Counted from the first letter of the stretch, positions 29,872-41,932 are shown. The stretch: 64,000 nucleotides of DNA from Blastocatellia bacterium (GCA_963765495.1 CAVXWP010000009.1:809240-873239), one strand, 5' to 3'. Notes: generated by a model from the sequence alone, not told the origin. Translations and numbers: made by a program.

Positions 29872-29955
29872 GGCCTAACTCGTCATTCCAGCGGACGCGC
29901 ATGCCAACCGCTCGCGTTCCATCAGCTACCGGCGCGCCGCTGAACTCGTCGTTAG
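29872..29955 (+). repeat. attC-like recombination site 1 (R'' GCCTAAC ... R' GTTAGGC, 84 bp imperfect palindrome)
   Basis: Integron core / inverse-core consensus RYYYAAC...GTTRRRY; internal L boxes TTCCAGCGG / CCGCTGAA with unpaired spacer. Confidence 0.6.
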
Positions 29956-30014
29956 GCTTCCCTTGCCAAAGCAGGCACCAGACATTCAATTTCAAATAGG
30001 CTATTATACTAACG

Positions 30015-30488
30015 ATGGGAAAGACGGCTATCTATATCGAAACGAGTGTTGTCAGCTACCTTGTGGCAAGGCCAAGCCGCGACCTTATTGTTGCGGCACA
30101 CCAACAAATTACCTCTGACTGGTGGCATAGCCATAGCCATCAATATGATCTTTTTATTTCACAAATCGTCCTTGATGAATCAAGAGCAGGCGATAAAGAG
30201 ATGTCGAACAAGAGACTTGCTGCTATACAAGACTTGTCGCTTCTGGATATTAATGAAGATGTTATTCAACTCGCTGAACATCTTGTGAATTCTAATGCTG
30301 TTCCTCAGAAAGCAGCACAGGATGCTCTACACATTTCTACAGCATGTGTAAGTGGCATGGATTATCTTCTCACCTGGAATTGCAAACACATCGCAAATGC
30401 AAAAATGCGAAATCAAATTGAAAAAGTGTGCCGAGAAGCGGGTTACTTGCCGCCAATCATATGCACTCCTGAGGAACTGGAGGGTTAA
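30015..30488 (+). CDS. PIN-like domain protein (DUF3368-type?), putative toxin
   Basis: MGKTAIYIETSVVSYLVARPS N-terminus and LTWNCKHIAN C-terminal motif typical of a PIN-like family. Confidence 0.6.
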   Translation: MGKTAIYIETSVVSYLVARPSRDLIVAAHQQITSDWWHSHSHQYDLFISQIVLDESRAGDKEMSNKRLAAIQDLSLLDINEDVIQLAEHLVNSNAVPQKAAQDALHISTACVSGMDYLLTWNCKHIANAKMRNQIEKVCREAGYLPPIICTPEELEG

Positions 30489-30490
30489 GT

Positions 30491-30682
30491 ATGTGGAATG
30501 ACCCCATAGTAGAAGAAACCCGTAGAGTACGAGAAGTCTTAGCATCAAAGTTTGACTATGATGTTAGACTACTGGGCCAATACTATAGATCTCAACAGAT
30601 AAACGAAGGGCGGACTATCGTACGCAGGCAACCAAAGGATCGAGCACAAAGAGTGGAAGAAAGTCCTGTGGTTATGGACCAA

Positions 30683-30688
<6 letters not shown>
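30491..30688 (+). CDS. Small hypothetical protein, translationally coupled partner of the PIN-like gene
   Basis: 65-aa ORF starting 2 nt after the PIN stop; its TAA stop lies within attC 2. Confidence 0.5.
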
Positions 30689-31379
<691 letters not shown>

Positions 31380-31592
31380 ATACACGAATAATTCTTCTAT
31401 TTCGTGTGCTTCGTGTATTTCGTGGTTCACTTTTTGTTAAGACAGAATTTCTAAACCGAGAATTGCTGACAAGACAAGCCCTTTGTTATCAGTGTCATCA
31501 AGAAGGTGATTGAAATGCTTAATTACGAACCGATAAAGAATCGGCTTTGGGTTGTTGAGGAGACTCGAATAAGAATTCGCGGGGAGAAAGAA

Positions 31593-32602
31593 TAGATGAT
31601 CCGAGGAATAAGAAGGACTTTGGTAAACTATTCGCATGACAATCGAACAAATCAACAATCTCAAACCTGCAAGACTCCGCGCCTTGACCCGCATGACGAC
31701 AAACGCCCTTCAACAATTGTTGTCTACTACCGTGCCGGTCTTGGTTCATCTCCGTCAACAGGCCAAACTTCTTCGCCCTGATCGCAAACGCGCTCTCGGT
31801 GGCGGTAGAAAACCCAAACTCACTCCTTCTCAGGAGGTCTTGCTCGTTCTCATCTACCTGCGTCACAACCTCGCTCACGCGCGTTGTCGCAGCCTTGTTT
31901 GGTGTTAGCGCCGACACCTCCGAGAATCTCTTTCACGAGATTGTCCCCTTGCTCAGAGAACTCTTTCCCTCCAATCGCTTTGAGGCACAGAAGAGGTTTC
32001 GAGGTCAGGAACCGAGCCTCAAAATCCAAGAGATTGACCGAATTCTCATCGACAGTTTTGAGACGCCAATACCCCGCCCCTCCAATTATGAACGTCAAAA
32101 ACGGGTATATTCTGGTAAAAAGAAATGCCACACGCTCAAGAGCCAAGTAGAGAGTGATCGAAAGGGAGAAGTGCTGGGTATCAGAGGAGGGCATCGCGGG
32201 CCAGCATCGGATAAGCGAGTATATGAAGCCAGTGGAGTGGGGGAGAAATATCGAGAAGCGAGCAAGCAAGGGGATTTGGGATATCAGGGCACAGAGGGAA
32301 TCGAAGTACCACACAAGAAGCCGAAAGGAGGTGAGCTAAGTGATGATGAGCGAGAGGAGAATCGAGCGAAGGCGAGTGTGAGGGTACAGGTAGAACACGG
32401 CATAAGAAGAGTGAAAGGATTCAAGATCATGAGAGAGAAGTATCGGCTGGCAATGGGGTTGTTCCCGATGGTAGCGTCGGCAGTAGTCGGATTGGTACAT
32501 CTCAACCGAATCCTTATGTAAGCAGACTGCAAAGGGTGAAGTGTGCCCATCTGACGGTGGGTCGCCCAAGCACGCTTCATTTTTTATTTATCGGATCATC
32601 TA
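31593..32602 (+). mobile_element. IS5-family (DDE_Tnp_4 / PIF-Harbinger-like) insertion sequence with 12-bp terminal inverted repeats TAGATGATCCGA
   Basis: IRs at 31593-31604 and 32591-32602; internal transposase ORFs. Confidence 0.65.
31636..32521 (+). pseudogene. IS5-family DDE_Tnp_4 transposase split by a +1 frameshift near 31880 (HTH part 31636-31908, DDE part 31799-32521)
   Basis: N-terminal HTH_Tnp_4-like LGGGRKPKLTPSQEVLLVLIYLRHNL and C-terminal DDE_Tnp_4-like YSGKKKCHTLKSQVESD are in different frames. Confidence 0.6.
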
Positions 32603-32703
32603 ATGAGAGTGTCGACTTGGATGTGGCCTGGCGATTGCACATAATTTGAAGATAGATTGTTTCCTATAAGTATGGGATTACAATCAAGAGACGGCACGCG
32701 GCA

Positions 32704-33474
32704 GTGGAGGAAAGGAGAAAAAGATTGAAGACCGTTGCCCAAAGATCGAGAAAACGACTGACGGTGATGGTTCTTTCCTGTCTGTTTGTTATCTTTGCGT
32801 CGGTCTTCTTGATGAATCTCGAATCGCCGGGCAGCACCGATACGGGCGAGCCGACGCCTATCTACAAACCTGTTCTCGCCCCGTCTCCTCCAGAAAGCGC
32901 GCCTCATCCGAGCCGGGCCGACAATATGCAATCTGAGCAGAAGCCCAGAGAGCCTCAACCTGCCACGGGGTCCGAGGTCGGTGTGCAACCTTTGTCTGCG
33001 GCGGCGAGCAGTGTCGGCAATGCTGATCTCACTTACCTTGGCACAAGGAATCTGCTCATACCCGTTCAGGGCGTAGCCGCAAATCAGCTACACGACTCTT
33101 TTTACGAAGGGCGCTCGGAAGGAAGAACGCACGAAGCGCTCGACATCATGGCCCCCAAAGACACGCCCGTTCTCGCAACGACTGACGGGGTTATAAGAAA
33201 ACTGCACGAGAGCGTGAGGGGCGGCATTATGATTTACGAGATGGACCCTTCGGGGCTTTATGTATATTACTACGGCCACCTGTCGCGCTATGCAGACGGC
33301 CTGAGCGAAAACAAACAGGTAAAACGCGGAGAGATAATAGGCTACGTGGGCGACACCGGAAATGCGGGTGCGGGAAACTATCACCTGCACTTTGGCATTT
33401 CGAAATGCAGCGCGCCGGGCAAGTGGTACGGTGGCGACCCGATCAATCCTTTTCCTTTGCTCGGTGGAAGGTGA
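32704..33474 (+). CDS. M23 family metallopeptidase (LytM domain), membrane anchored
   Basis: HEALDIM...YYGHLSRY...GYVGDTGNAGAGNYHLHFGI motifs. Confidence 0.85.
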   Translation: MEERRKRLKTVAQRSRKRLTVMVLSCLFVIFASVFLMNLESPGSTDTGEPTPIYKPVLAPSPPESAPHPSRADNMQSEQKPREPQPATGSEVGVQPLSAAASSVGNADLTYLGTRNLLIPVQGVAANQLHDSFYEGRSEGRTHEALDIMAPKDTPVLATTDGVIRKLHESVRGGIMIYEMDPSGLYVYYYGHLSRYADGLSENKQVKRGEIIGYVGDTGNAGAGNYHLHFGISKCSAPGKWYGGDPINPFPLLGGR

Positions 33475-33597
33475 TTCTTCCCACCCCCTCGGCCCGATTC
33501 AATACACCAACGTACTCAATAAGAACGACAGCGCAAACAACGGGGCCGACGCTTTCAAGAGCGCCGGCCCGATTAAAAATTGAGCTTTTATGGATTC

Positions 33598-34107
33598 TTA
33601 CCAATCGTTGTTCTTGATGCGTTTTTTGATCTTGCGTTTGACCAGGTCTCGCTTCAACGGGCTTAAGTATTCAATGAACAGATCGCCATCCAGGTGATCC
33701 GTTTCGTGTGCCACACACCGCGCTTCAAGGTCCATCAGGTCGAGCGTGAAAGGGCTGCCGTTAAAATCCTGAGCGCGAACCACGAGGCGTTGGGGGCGTT
33801 TCACCTGAAAGAAGATACCCGGGAAACTCAGGCACCCTTCTTCGCCTACCTGCTCCCCTTCTTCGGTTTCGATCACAGGGTTTATCAACGCCAATTTCTG
33901 CGGTCTATTCTTGCCACTGCTGCAATCCATAACGAACAACCGCTTGAGCACGCCTACCTGAGGAGCCGCAAGCCCTACGCCCGGCGCTCCATACATAGTC
34001 TCAAACATATTGTCTATGAGCCGATGCAGGTCTTCATTAAATTCCGTAACCTCTTCAGCGCGTTTTGTGAGCACCGGGTCGCCGTATTTAACAATATCTA
34101 AAATCAT
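33598..34107 (-). CDS. def: Peptide deformylase
   Basis: [18 protein letters not shown] and HETDHLDG motifs. Confidence 0.95.
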   Translation of the reverse strand: MILDIVKYGDPVLTKRAEEVTEFNEDLHRLIDNMFETMYGAPGVGLAAPQVGVLKRLFVMDCSSGKNRPQKLALINPVIETEEGEQVGEEGCLSFPGIFFQVKRPQRLVVRAQDFNGSPFTLDLMDLEARCVAHETDHLDGDLFIEYLSPLKRDLVKRKIKKRIKNNDW

Positions 34108-34445
34108 CTCTCTATTTCGAACTCCTTCTGTCTCTCTTCGAGCTGTCGCCGCTCGGCAAGTTTCTCGCTGAGCAGATGCTTGATAACAGCGGTTCTGGCC
34201 CTGAATCCGGTCACTTCTCGCCAGGCTACGAGGGCCAAACCTATCAATATTATAACAGCACCTACAATGGTATGCGTAGCATGTCCTATGGCGAATCCAA
34301 TGAAAATTATGGTCACAAGCAAAAGATAATAAAATATACCGTGGGTCCGCGTAGAGTTGATAGACTGGCGAAGTTCATCCACCTCGTGGTCTATCTCTTC
34401 CAACCTTTTCGTCGGCCCATGCTGATCGCGGCTCGTGCTTATCAT
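34104..34445 (-). CDS. Small membrane protein, hypothetical
   Basis: 113-aa ORF with two predicted TM helices, 4-nt overlap with def. Confidence 0.5.
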   Translation of the reverse strand: MISTSRDQHGPTKRLEEIDHEVDELRQSINSTRTHGIFYYLLLVTIIFIGFAIGHATHTIVGAVIILIGLALVAWREVTGFRARTAVIKHLLSEKLAERRQLEERQKEFEIER

Positions 34446-34467
34446 ATATTCACCCCTCGCACAGGTC

Positions 34468-35643
34468 TCAGTATCGTTTGAGTTGTTCGAGATAGCTCTC
34501 GAAGTTTCGCTTCATCTCTCCTGTGCTGTCGCCGCCAAATTTCTCTCGCGCGGCATCGGCAAGCACAACAGCCACCATCGCCTCGCCGATCACGCCCGCC
34601 GCCGGAACCGCCACTATGTCGGAACGCTCAAAAGCCGCGACTGACTCTTGCTTGCTCACTACGTCAACGCTTGAGAGCGGCTGTCTCAGAGTCGAGATAG
34701 GCTTCAGATGGCCGAGCACTCGCACCTCTTCGCCGTTCGTGATGCCGCCTTCGATACCGCCCGCGCGATTCGTGGGCCGCGTAAATGTGCGTTCCGTATG
34801 ATTATACCCGATCTCGTCATGTATCTGCGAGCCTGTAGCCCGGCTGACCTCCACGCCCGCGCCTATCTCGACCGCCTTCACGGCAGGCACGCACATAATA
34901 GCCTGGGCCAGCCGCCCGTCAATCTTGCGGTTCCACTGCACGTGCGAGCCGAGTCCGGCAACTACGCCACGCGCCACGACTTCGAATATCCCTCCGAGCG
35001 TATCCTTCGCTTCTTTGGTCGAATCAATCAAGGCGATCATCCGTTGCTCGACTTCTTTATCCACACAGCGCAGTTGAGCGTCATCCGCGATGGCTACGAT
35101 CTGGTCCCAGTCAGCCGTTAATGGGATTTCGGGCACGCCGCCGATCATAGCCGTGTGGCTTGCTATCTCGATGCCGATCTCTTTGAGGAGCAGTTTAGCG
35201 AAGGCCCCTACGGCAACGCGAGCGGTTGTTTCCCTTGCGCTCGCTCGTTCGAGTATGTCGCGCAGGTCGTGCGTATCGTATTTGAGCCCGCCCGCAAGAT
35301 CAGTGTGGCCGGGCCGGGGCCGCGTCACCCTGCGCGCTCGCTTCTCTTCGGCAAAATCTGTCGGAGTGACGGCCATCACATCCTGCCAGTTCTGAAAATC
35401 CCTGTTGTGAACCAGAAAAGAGACGGGTGAGCCGAGAGTGCGCCCGTGACGCACGCCCGAAAGGATTTCAACTTCATCGCTTTCGATCTTCATGCGCCCG
35501 CCGCGACCGTAGCCTTGCTGTCGCCGCCATAACTGATGGTTGATGAACTCTACATCAACCGCCAGCCCTGCGGGCAGCCCTTCTATTATGGCTACAAGCC
35601 CTTTGCCGTGTGATTCTCCCGCTGTGATGAAGTTGAATTCCAT
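34468..35643 (-). CDS. aroC: Chorismate synthase
   Basis: [14 protein letters not shown]-terminus and conserved GGxSxGxR-type motifs throughout. Confidence 0.95.
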   Translation of the reverse strand: MEFNFITAGESHGKGLVAIIEGLPAGLAVDVEFINHQLWRRQQGYGRGGRMKIESDEVEILSGVRHGRTLGSPVSFLVHNRDFQNWQDVMAVTPTDFAEEKRARRVTRPRPGHTDLAGGLKYDTHDLRDILERASARETTARVAVGAFAKLLLKEIGIEIASHTAMIGGVPEIPLTADWDQIVAIADDAQLRCVDKEVEQRMIALIDSTKEAKDTLGGIFEVVARGVVAGLGSHVQWNRKIDGRLAQAIMCVPAVKAVEIGAGVEVSRATGSQIHDEIGYNHTERTFTRPTNRAGGIEGGITNGEEVRVLGHLKPISTLRQPLSSVDVVSKQESVAAFERSDIVAVPAAGVIGEAMVAVVLADAAREKFGGDSTGEMKRNFESYLEQLKRY

Positions 35644-35866
35644 AACTCCTGTTCCCAACCATTCATATCAAATGCGGGGATTCTATCAATCGAGCCGCTC
35701 GCATCACAAGGAGCGCATAAGTGGCGCACCGAATCAGAACCGCCGGATATTGATTACAAGTAAATTTGAACGGACCGTAAAGCCTAATAGTCCGGGACGG
35801 ACGCGGATTCGACGGATTAGCGCGGCTCAGATCATATTCCGCCGGGTCCTGATCGAGTAGTGATTT

Positions 35867-37852
35867 TCATGACATTTCGATCTCGCGGTTTCGCAGGTAC
35901 TTGAGCTTGTCACGCAATTCGGCGGCGCGCTCAAACTCCAGACGTCCGGCGGCGGCGCGCATCTCGTGTTCCAGGCGCTCGATAGTCTCGCCGAGTTTGT
36001 CGGGCGAATATTCTTCGATCTCATCGAGATTTAATGGCACTTTGAAATAGTCGGCTTCGACTATGGAAACGAGCGTAGAATCGATCGCCTTCACGATTGA
36101 TTGAGGCGTGATGCCGTTTTCGCGGTTGTAAATCGCCTGCTTCTCGCGGCGGCGCTGAGTCTCGCCAATTGCGCGCCGCATGGAATCGGTTACGCGATCC
36201 GCGTAGAGTATGGCTTTGCCGTTTATGTTGCGAGCGGCGCGGCCTATCGTCTGAATGAGCGACATCTCCGAGCGCAGGAACCCTTCTTTGTCGGCGTCAA
36301 GTATCGCGACAAGCGAGACCTCGGGCAAATCCAAACCCTCGCGCAGAAGGTTTATCCCTACCAGCACATCGAAATCGCCCGCGCGCAAATCTCGCAGTAT
36401 CCTTATGCGATCAAGTGTAACGATCTCCGAATGCAGATAGCGCACGCGCACGCCCAGTTCGGCGTAGTATTCGGTGAGGTTTTCGGCCATCTTCTTGGTA
36501 AGCGTTGTGACGAGCACGCGCTCGTTTCTCGACACCCGTTCGCGTATCTCGTTCAGCAAATCGTCTATCTGCCCTCGCACGGGACGCACGTCTATCTCAG
36601 GGTCTATCAACCCCGTAGGCCGTATAACCTGCTCGACCACCTCGCCGCCCGTTCGGGTCATCTCGTAAGGGCCGGGCGTGGCGGAAACAAAGATTACCTG
36701 ATCGATTCTGCGCTCCCACTCTTCAAAGTTGAGCGGGCGGTTGTCCATGGCCGAAGGCAGGCGAAACCCGTACTCTACAAGCGTTCGTTTGCGCGACTGA
36801 TCGCCCGCGTACATGCCCCGGACCTGAGGAACCGTCTGGTGGCTTTCATCCACAAGCACGATAGCATCGCGCGGCAGGTAATCGAGCAAGGTCGGCGGCG
36901 GCTCGCCCGGCTGTCGCCCCGTCAGGTGGCGTGAATAGTTCTCGATTCCGTGACAATAGCCAAGTTCCTTGAGCATCTCAAGGTCATAAAGCGTTCGCTG
37001 ATGAAGGCGCTGGGCTTCCAGTACGCTGCCTCGCTCGATCAACTGCGGCTCCCACTCTTCCAGTTCCTGCTTTATGGTCTTTATCGCCCGTCTGATAGTG
37101 TCCTGCGACATTACGTAGTGAGTCTTCGGATAGATCGGCAACCTGTCGTGACGCTCTATCACCTCGCCCAGCAGCGGGTCTATCGTGGAAATCGAATCGA
37201 TTTCATCGCCCCAGAATTCTATGCGTATCGCCTTGTCCTGATAGACCGGATAGATCTCGACCACGTCGCCGCGCGCGCGGAAACTGCCGCGCTCAAACGC
37301 CACATCGTTGCGCTGGTATTGAATCTCCACGAGCCTTTTCAATAGCGCCGTGCGTGACAACTGCTGGCCTCGCTCTACGAAAACCACCATGCCGTAATAG
37401 GCATCCGGGTCCCCCAGACCGTATATGCAAGAGACGCTGGCTACGATCACGCAGTCACGCCGTTCAAACAGGCTCCGCGTGGCCGACAGCCTCAGCCGGT
37501 CGATCTCTTCATTGATCGTAGCCTCTTTCTCGATGAATGTGTCGGTAGAGGGAATGTAAGCTTCGGGCTGATAGTAGTCATAATAACTAACAAAATACTC
37601 TATGGCGTTATGAGGAAAAAAAGATTTGAACTCCTGATAAAGCTGCGCGGCAAGTGTCTTGTTATGAGCCATGACAAGCACAGGCCGGTTGATATGCTCG
37701 ATGACGGCGGCAAGCGAAAACGTCTTTCCGCTCCCGGTCACGCCGAGCAGCACCTGATGCTCGGCCCCTTCCCGGATGCCGCGTACGAGTTGCTCTATTG
37801 CCTGGGGCTGATCTCCCTGGGGCACATAATCCGATACGAGTTTGAAATCCAT
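35867..37852 (-). CDS. uvrB: Excinuclease ABC subunit B
   Basis: GVTGSGKT Walker A, full-length UvrB homology, C-terminal UVR domain. Confidence 0.95.
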   Translation of the reverse strand: MDFKLVSDYVPQGDQPQAIEQLVRGIREGAEHQVLLGVTGSGKTFSLAAVIEHINRPVLVMAHNKTLAAQLYQEFKSFFPHNAIEYFVSYYDYYQPEAYIPSTDTFIEKEATINEEIDRLRLSATRSLFERRDCVIVASVSCIYGLGDPDAYYGMVVFVERGQQLSRTALLKRLVEIQYQRNDVAFERGSFRARGDVVEIYPVYQDKAIRIEFWGDEIDSISTIDPLLGEVIERHDRLPIYPKTHYVMSQDTIRRAIKTIKQELEEWEPQLIERGSVLEAQRLHQRTLYDLEMLKELGYCHGIENYSRHLTGRQPGEPPPTLLDYLPRDAIVLVDESHQTVPQVRGMYAGDQSRKRTLVEYGFRLPSAMDNRPLNFEEWERRIDQVIFVSATPGPYEMTRTGGEVVEQVIRPTGLIDPEIDVRPVRGQIDDLLNEIRERVSRNERVLVTTLTKKMAENLTEYYAELGVRVRYLHSEIVTLDRIRILRDLRAGDFDVLVGINLLREGLDLPEVSLVAILDADKEGFLRSEMSLIQTIGRAARNINGKAILYADRVTDSMRRAIGETQRRREKQAIYNRENGITPQSIVKAIDSTLVSIVEADYFKVPLNLDEIEEYSPDKLGETIERLEHEMRAAAGRLEFERAAELRDKLKYLRNREIEMS

Positions 37853-38028
37853 TGATCGCCTTTCTCTGTCTGTCTGTCGCGCCGCTTCAAATCTGAGCGC
37901 CAGCGACGACGCATACGGTAACACCCGTTTGAGAGATTATACAGGCAGTCGAAAAGGGCAAGCAATCGAGGTAAAACAGACCGCGATGAGAAAAAAAATT
38001 GCCTGAATATAGATGGTTCGGCGATGTT

Positions 38029-38057
38029 CTCTTGACATTAAAACTCACGATGTCGAT
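38029..38057 (+). promoter_or_regulatory. Sigma-70-like promoter candidate (TTGACA-17 nt-GATAAT) upstream of purC
   Basis: Near-consensus -35/-10 with 17-bp spacing. Confidence 0.4.
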
Positions 38058-38205
38058 AATGCGACTTGCCATCACAAAACCAAAAAAATCGATAGCATAT
38101 ATCCTCGCAAATTGACAGTTTTACTCTGATAGAAAGGACAAAACAATTAGTAAAGTAATCACTCAAACCGACATCCCCGGCGTAGAGCTTTTCCGGCGCG
38201 GCAAG

Positions 38206-39033
38206 GTGCGTGATGTTTATGCCGTTGAAGACAAGCTGCTCATTATTGCGACCGACCGCATCTCGGCCTTCGACGTAGTGCTTCCGAGTGCCATCCCGCG
38301 CAAAGGCGAAGTGTTAACAAAGCTTTCGCTCTTCTGGTTCGATTTCTTCAAAGACAGGGTAGCCAATCACCTGATCACGACCGATGTTGATTCGTATCCG
38401 TCTCCGCTTGCCGATTACCGCGATCAGATCGAATCTCGCTCGATGCTTGTCACGCGCGCTGATGTGTTCCCTATAGAATGCGTGGCGCGTGGCTATTTGA
38501 GCGGGTCGGGCTGGAAGGAGTATCAAAAGACGGGCGAGGTCTGCGGCATAAAATTGCCCTCCGGGCTCACCGAATCCGACAAGCTCTCCGAGCCTATTTT
38601 CACCCCGGCTACTAAGGAAGAGACCGGACACGATATAAACATCAGCGAGCGCGAGATGGCAAACCGCATTGGCGAAGAAGCGACCCGAAAGCTCAAAGAG
38701 TTGACGCTTACCATCTACTCCGAAGCCGCCCGATATGCCTTGAGCCGGGATATAATCATCGCCGATACCAAGTTTGAGTTCGGCGAAAAAGACGGGAAAA
38801 TTCTTCTGGTAGACGAAGTGCTGACTCCGGATTCATCGCGATTCTGGCCAAACGAAACATACGCGCCGGGTCGCGCCCAGCAATCTTTTGATAAGCAGTA
38901 CGTGCGCGATTATCTGGAGACTCTCGATTGGAACAAACAACCTCCGGGGCCAAACCTCCCCGATACGGTGGCAGAGAAGACCAGCGAAAAATACCTTGAG
39001 GCATACAGCCTGCTGACGGGCCGGGAAATTTGA
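38206..39033 (+). CDS. purC: Phosphoribosylaminoimidazole-succinocarboxamide synthase (SAICAR synthetase); true start may lie about 45-60 nt upstream at a non-canonical codon
   Basis: PurC motifs throughout; conserved GKVRDVY block is encoded upstream of the first GTG with no in-frame ATG/GTG/TTG. Confidence 0.85.
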   Translation: MRDVYAVEDKLLIIATDRISAFDVVLPSAIPRKGEVLTKLSLFWFDFFKDRVANHLITTDVDSYPSPLADYRDQIESRSMLVTRADVFPIECVARGYLSGSGWKEYQKTGEVCGIKLPSGLTESDKLSEPIFTPATKEETGHDINISEREMANRIGEEATRKLKELTLTIYSEAARYALSRDIIIADTKFEFGEKDGKILLVDEVLTPDSSRFWPNETYAPGRAQQSFDKQYVRDYLETLDWNKQPPGPNLPDTVAEKTSEKYLEAYSLLTGREI

Positions 39034-39042
39034 GAGATATTA

Positions 39043-39108
39043 GGTTTTGGATTTTGGATTGGCCGGACACAATCGGGCCCGGTTTTTCAAGTCCAAAATC
39101 CAAAACCT
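39043..39108 (+). terminator. Compound hairpin after the purC stop: AT-rich 19-bp outer stem (AGGTTTTGGATTTTGGA... / ...TCCAAAATCCAAAACCT) with inner GC hairpin and TTTTT
   Basis: Inverted repeat read directly; inner GGGCCCGG followed by TTTTTC. Confidence 0.45.
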
Positions 39109-39124
39109 AATGTCGGGAACGGTA

Positions 39125-39649
39125 ATGACGGTTCTCGATTACTTCGTTCTGATTGTCGTCCTGGCATCTGTAGTCTCAGGAGTCACAAAAGGTATTCTCA
39201 AAGGCATTATTTCGATAATCTCTGCGCTGGCCGGGCTGGTTGCAGCCGCCTATCTGTATACGTATGCGGCAACCCTGTTTAGCCGTTTTACCGAGACGGC
39301 GCGGGCGGCAAATCTTCTGGGGTTTGTGGCAATCTTTTTGCTTGTGCTCATTGCCGGGAGCCTTTTAGCAAGACGGCTGCGCGGCTTGCTAAAGCGTGCC
39401 AGGCTCAATTGGATAGATCGCGCTCTGGGAGCCGTTTTCGGGCTCTTGAGGGGCTGGCTCATCTGCTCGGCTATATACCTGGCGTTGACTGCTTTCCCGG
39501 TACGGCTCGACGCAGTCGAGCGAGCCATGTTTGCGCCCGCGCTCCTGGAAGGGACGCGAGTAATCGCCTATTTGACTTCACGCGAGTTGAGAGATCGGTT
39601 TCTGGATGGTTACAGGTCTGTACAGAATTTGTGGGAGCAAAAAACTTAG
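39125..39649 (+). CDS. cvpA: CvpA family (colicin V production) membrane protein
   Basis: Four TM helices and CvpA-like sequence. Confidence 0.7.
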   Translation: MTVLDYFVLIVVLASVVSGVTKGILKGIISIISALAGLVAAAYLYTYAATLFSRFTETARAANLLGFVAIFLLVLIAGSLLARRLRGLLKRARLNWIDRALGAVFGLLRGWLICSAIYLALTAFPVRLDAVERAMFAPALLEGTRVIAYLTSRELRDRFLDGYRSVQNLWEQKT

Positions 39650-39688
39650 AAAACAAAAAACTGTGCCCCCGCGATTACAGGAGATGCT

Positions 39689-39988
39689 ATGACGATGAAG
39701 GCCCGGTTAGAAACGCTTGTGACTGAGATGGTTGAGAGGGGAATTCTTTTTGAGGATGCGGTTGCGGAATTCGAAAAACATTTCATTCTTTCTGTGCTTG
39801 ATCGGACTAATGGCAATATGTCAAAGGCCGCCGAAGAGCTTCGCATTCACCGCAACACATTATCCAAGCGCATAGAAAAATATTATCAGAACGGTAATAT
39901 GACGGACGGCCATCGCCGCCTGCCTCGCACGCGAAAAAAATCTCAAACCAGGCGAGTGGCAAGCGCCCCCACGCGTAAAAGAAGATGA
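39689..39988 (+). CDS. Small Fis-type HTH DNA-binding protein
   Basis: GNMSKAAEELRIHRNTLSKRIEKY helix-turn-helix (HTH_8-like). Confidence 0.6.
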   Translation: MTMKARLETLVTEMVERGILFEDAVAEFEKHFILSVLDRTNGNMSKAAEELRIHRNTLSKRIEKYYQNGNMTDGHRRLPRTRKKSQTRRVASAPTRKRR

Positions 39989-40080
39989 GAAACCGGCAGA
40001 TAAGACGTGGCAAGCAGAAGCCGCTTAACCGGATCGCTCTTTCAAATGAGAACGACTTTTGATGGCACCCCGGCCCGGCT

Positions 40081-41130
40081 TCACAGGATTAAGTTCAAAT
40101 CGCCAAACTCGTGCCATAAATAACCTTCTCTTACCGCCTCTTCGTATGATTGCCTTATCTCTTCCGCAGGCAAAAACGCCGTCAATAGATCGAGGTGGCT
40201 GGCCTCGGGCTCGTGCAAACCTGTGAGCAGGCCATCCACACCCCTCAGAATGTGATCGGATGTTATCCGTAGTCGCGTGTATCCGTGACCTGATTGCACG
40301 AATCCCTCTTTATCGGCGGTTGACTCTATGGCTCTCACAACCGTTGTGCCCACAGCGATGACGCGCTTGCCCTCGGCGCGAGCGCGGTTTATCTTGTCGG
40401 CCGCCGTTTCGCTTATCATGTACTCCTCTTCCGAAGCCGGATGCTGCGCGTCAAGATCGTCATCCATATAAGATGACAACCCCGTGTGCAACAATATGTA
40501 AGCCGTCTCGACGCCCCGGCGTTTCAGATCAAAAAGCAGTTTCCAGGTAAAAGCCCGCCCCGCCGACGGCATCTCGGCAGAACCCGGCTCCTGCGCGTAT
40601 ACGGTTTGATAATAATCCAGGTCCCACGGCGCCGATACGTATTCGTAGCGAACAGGCCGTCCGAGTCTGTAGATCGAATCTACAAGCTCGGTTCCGCTTT
40701 TTGAGAAGCGTAACCTCCAAAGTCTGGGAATGTTTTCGTCGCGGTCATAAACCGATCCCGCCAGCCCTTCGCCGAAGTCTATCTCCATTCCGCCCCTTAA
40801 CCCGCACGAGAACGGGTCTCCGTCCTCACACAACAGCAGCGCAAGCCACGAATCATCAGGCAAATGCTCGGCCAGCCGGACCTCAATGCAAGGCCCGCCC
40901 AGCACGCGGCAACCCTTTAAGGAGGCGGGAAGCGTGCGGCTGGTGTTGAAAACCAGGAGATCACCCGAGCCTATGAATTCCCCTAGATGATCGAAGCGAG
41001 TGTGAACAACTCGCCCCGTTTTGCGATCATTGACCATCAGCCGGACTCTATCGCGTGCAATGCCTCGGCGCTCAGGCGGCTCTTTCGCCTGAAGCTCAAG
41101 TGGGAGTGTGAAATGAAATGGAGTAGCCAT
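40081..41130 (-). CDS. queA: S-adenosylmethionine:tRNA ribosyltransferase-isomerase
   Basis: 349 aa; GTTVVRAIES and LLTGLHEPEASHLDLL motifs. Confidence 0.9.
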   Translation of the reverse strand: MATPFHFTLPLELQAKEPPERRGIARDRVRLMVNDRKTGRVVHTRFDHLGEFIGSGDLLVFNTSRTLPASLKGCRVLGGPCIEVRLAEHLPDDSWLALLLCEDGDPFSCGLRGGMEIDFGEGLAGSVYDRDENIPRLWRLRFSKSGTELVDSIYRLGRPVRYEYVSAPWDLDYYQTVYAQEPGSAEMPSAGRAFTWKLLFDLKRRGVETAYILLHTGLSSYMDDDLDAQHPASEEEYMISETAADKINRARAEGKRVIAVGTTVVRAIESTADKEGFVQSGHGYTRLRITSDHILRGVDGLLTGLHEPEASHLDLLTAFLPAEEIRQSYEEAVREGYLWHEFGDLNLIL

Positions 41131-41161
41131 ATTCGCTCCTGCATCAAATTAACCTGCGAAA

Positions 41162-41932
41162 TTAACCTGCATCGGCCGACAGCTTCTTATCCGAGCGCCC
41201 CCAGTCTTCCTCCTGCGCCTGGAATCTTTGCCCGTTCACTTCCCGGCTTTCATCCGAGGCCAGATAGATAAATACATCGGTCACATCGGCGGGATCGGCC
41301 CACTGAGTCGGGTCTTCCTCCGGTTCGGCGGCCCTATGCATATCAGTGTTCATCTCGCCGGGGTCCACCCAGTTGATGCGCACACCCGATTCGTCGAGTT
41401 CCGCAGCCCAGGTCTCGGTCATTCCCTCAATACCGAATTTAGATATACCGTAAGCGCCCCATCCGGGATAACCTACACGCCCCGCGTCACTCGTCACGTT
41501 TATAATTGATCCGCCGTGTTCGAGCATGGCCGGCAACGCCTTTTTGATTATCAGGTACGGAGCGATCAGATTTACATCTATTACCCGGCGGAAGTCTTCG
41601 AGCGGATAATCGAGCAGATAAGGCATCGGTGTGGGGCCGAGGTCAGAGGCATTGTTTACGAGCACATCAAGGCGGCCTCCGAATTCGGCAAGCGTAGTCG
41701 CAACGACACGCTCGACATCTTCCTGACGGCTGAGATCCGCTTCTATCGCTACGACCTTCGCGTCGGGCGCAATCTGCTTGATTCTGTCCCGGACGCCTTT
41801 TAAGGCTTCAAGGTTACGCGCTGAGATGGATATGCCGCTTGCGCCCTGTCGGGCGAAATCAATGGCGAGTTGCTCTCCCAGCCCCTTTGAAGCCCCCGTA
41901 ATCATTATGTGTTTGCCCTTAACTCTATCCAT
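41162..41932 (-). CDS. SDR family oxidoreductase
   Basis: ITGASKGLG cofactor motif and YGISK catalytic motif. Confidence 0.85.
   Translation of the reverse strand: MDRVKGKHIMITGASKGLGEQLAIDFARQGASGISISARNLEALKGVRDRIKQIAPDAKVVAIEADLSRQEDVERVVATTLAEFGGRLDVLVNNASDLGPTPMPYLLDYPLEDFRRVIDVNLIAPYLIIKKALPAMLEHGGSIINVTSDAGRVGYPGWGAYGISKFGIEGMTETWAAELDESGVRINWVDPGEMNTDMHRAAEPEEDPTQWADPADVTDVFIYLASDESREVNGQRFQAQEEDWGRSDKKLSADAG

Noticed and set aside
37861-37890. LexA/SOS box in front of uvrB (CTGTCTGTCTGTC)
   Set aside because: No CTGT-N8-ACAG dyad. It is a simple CTGT tandem run, and the SOS-box consensus for this lineage is unknown to me.
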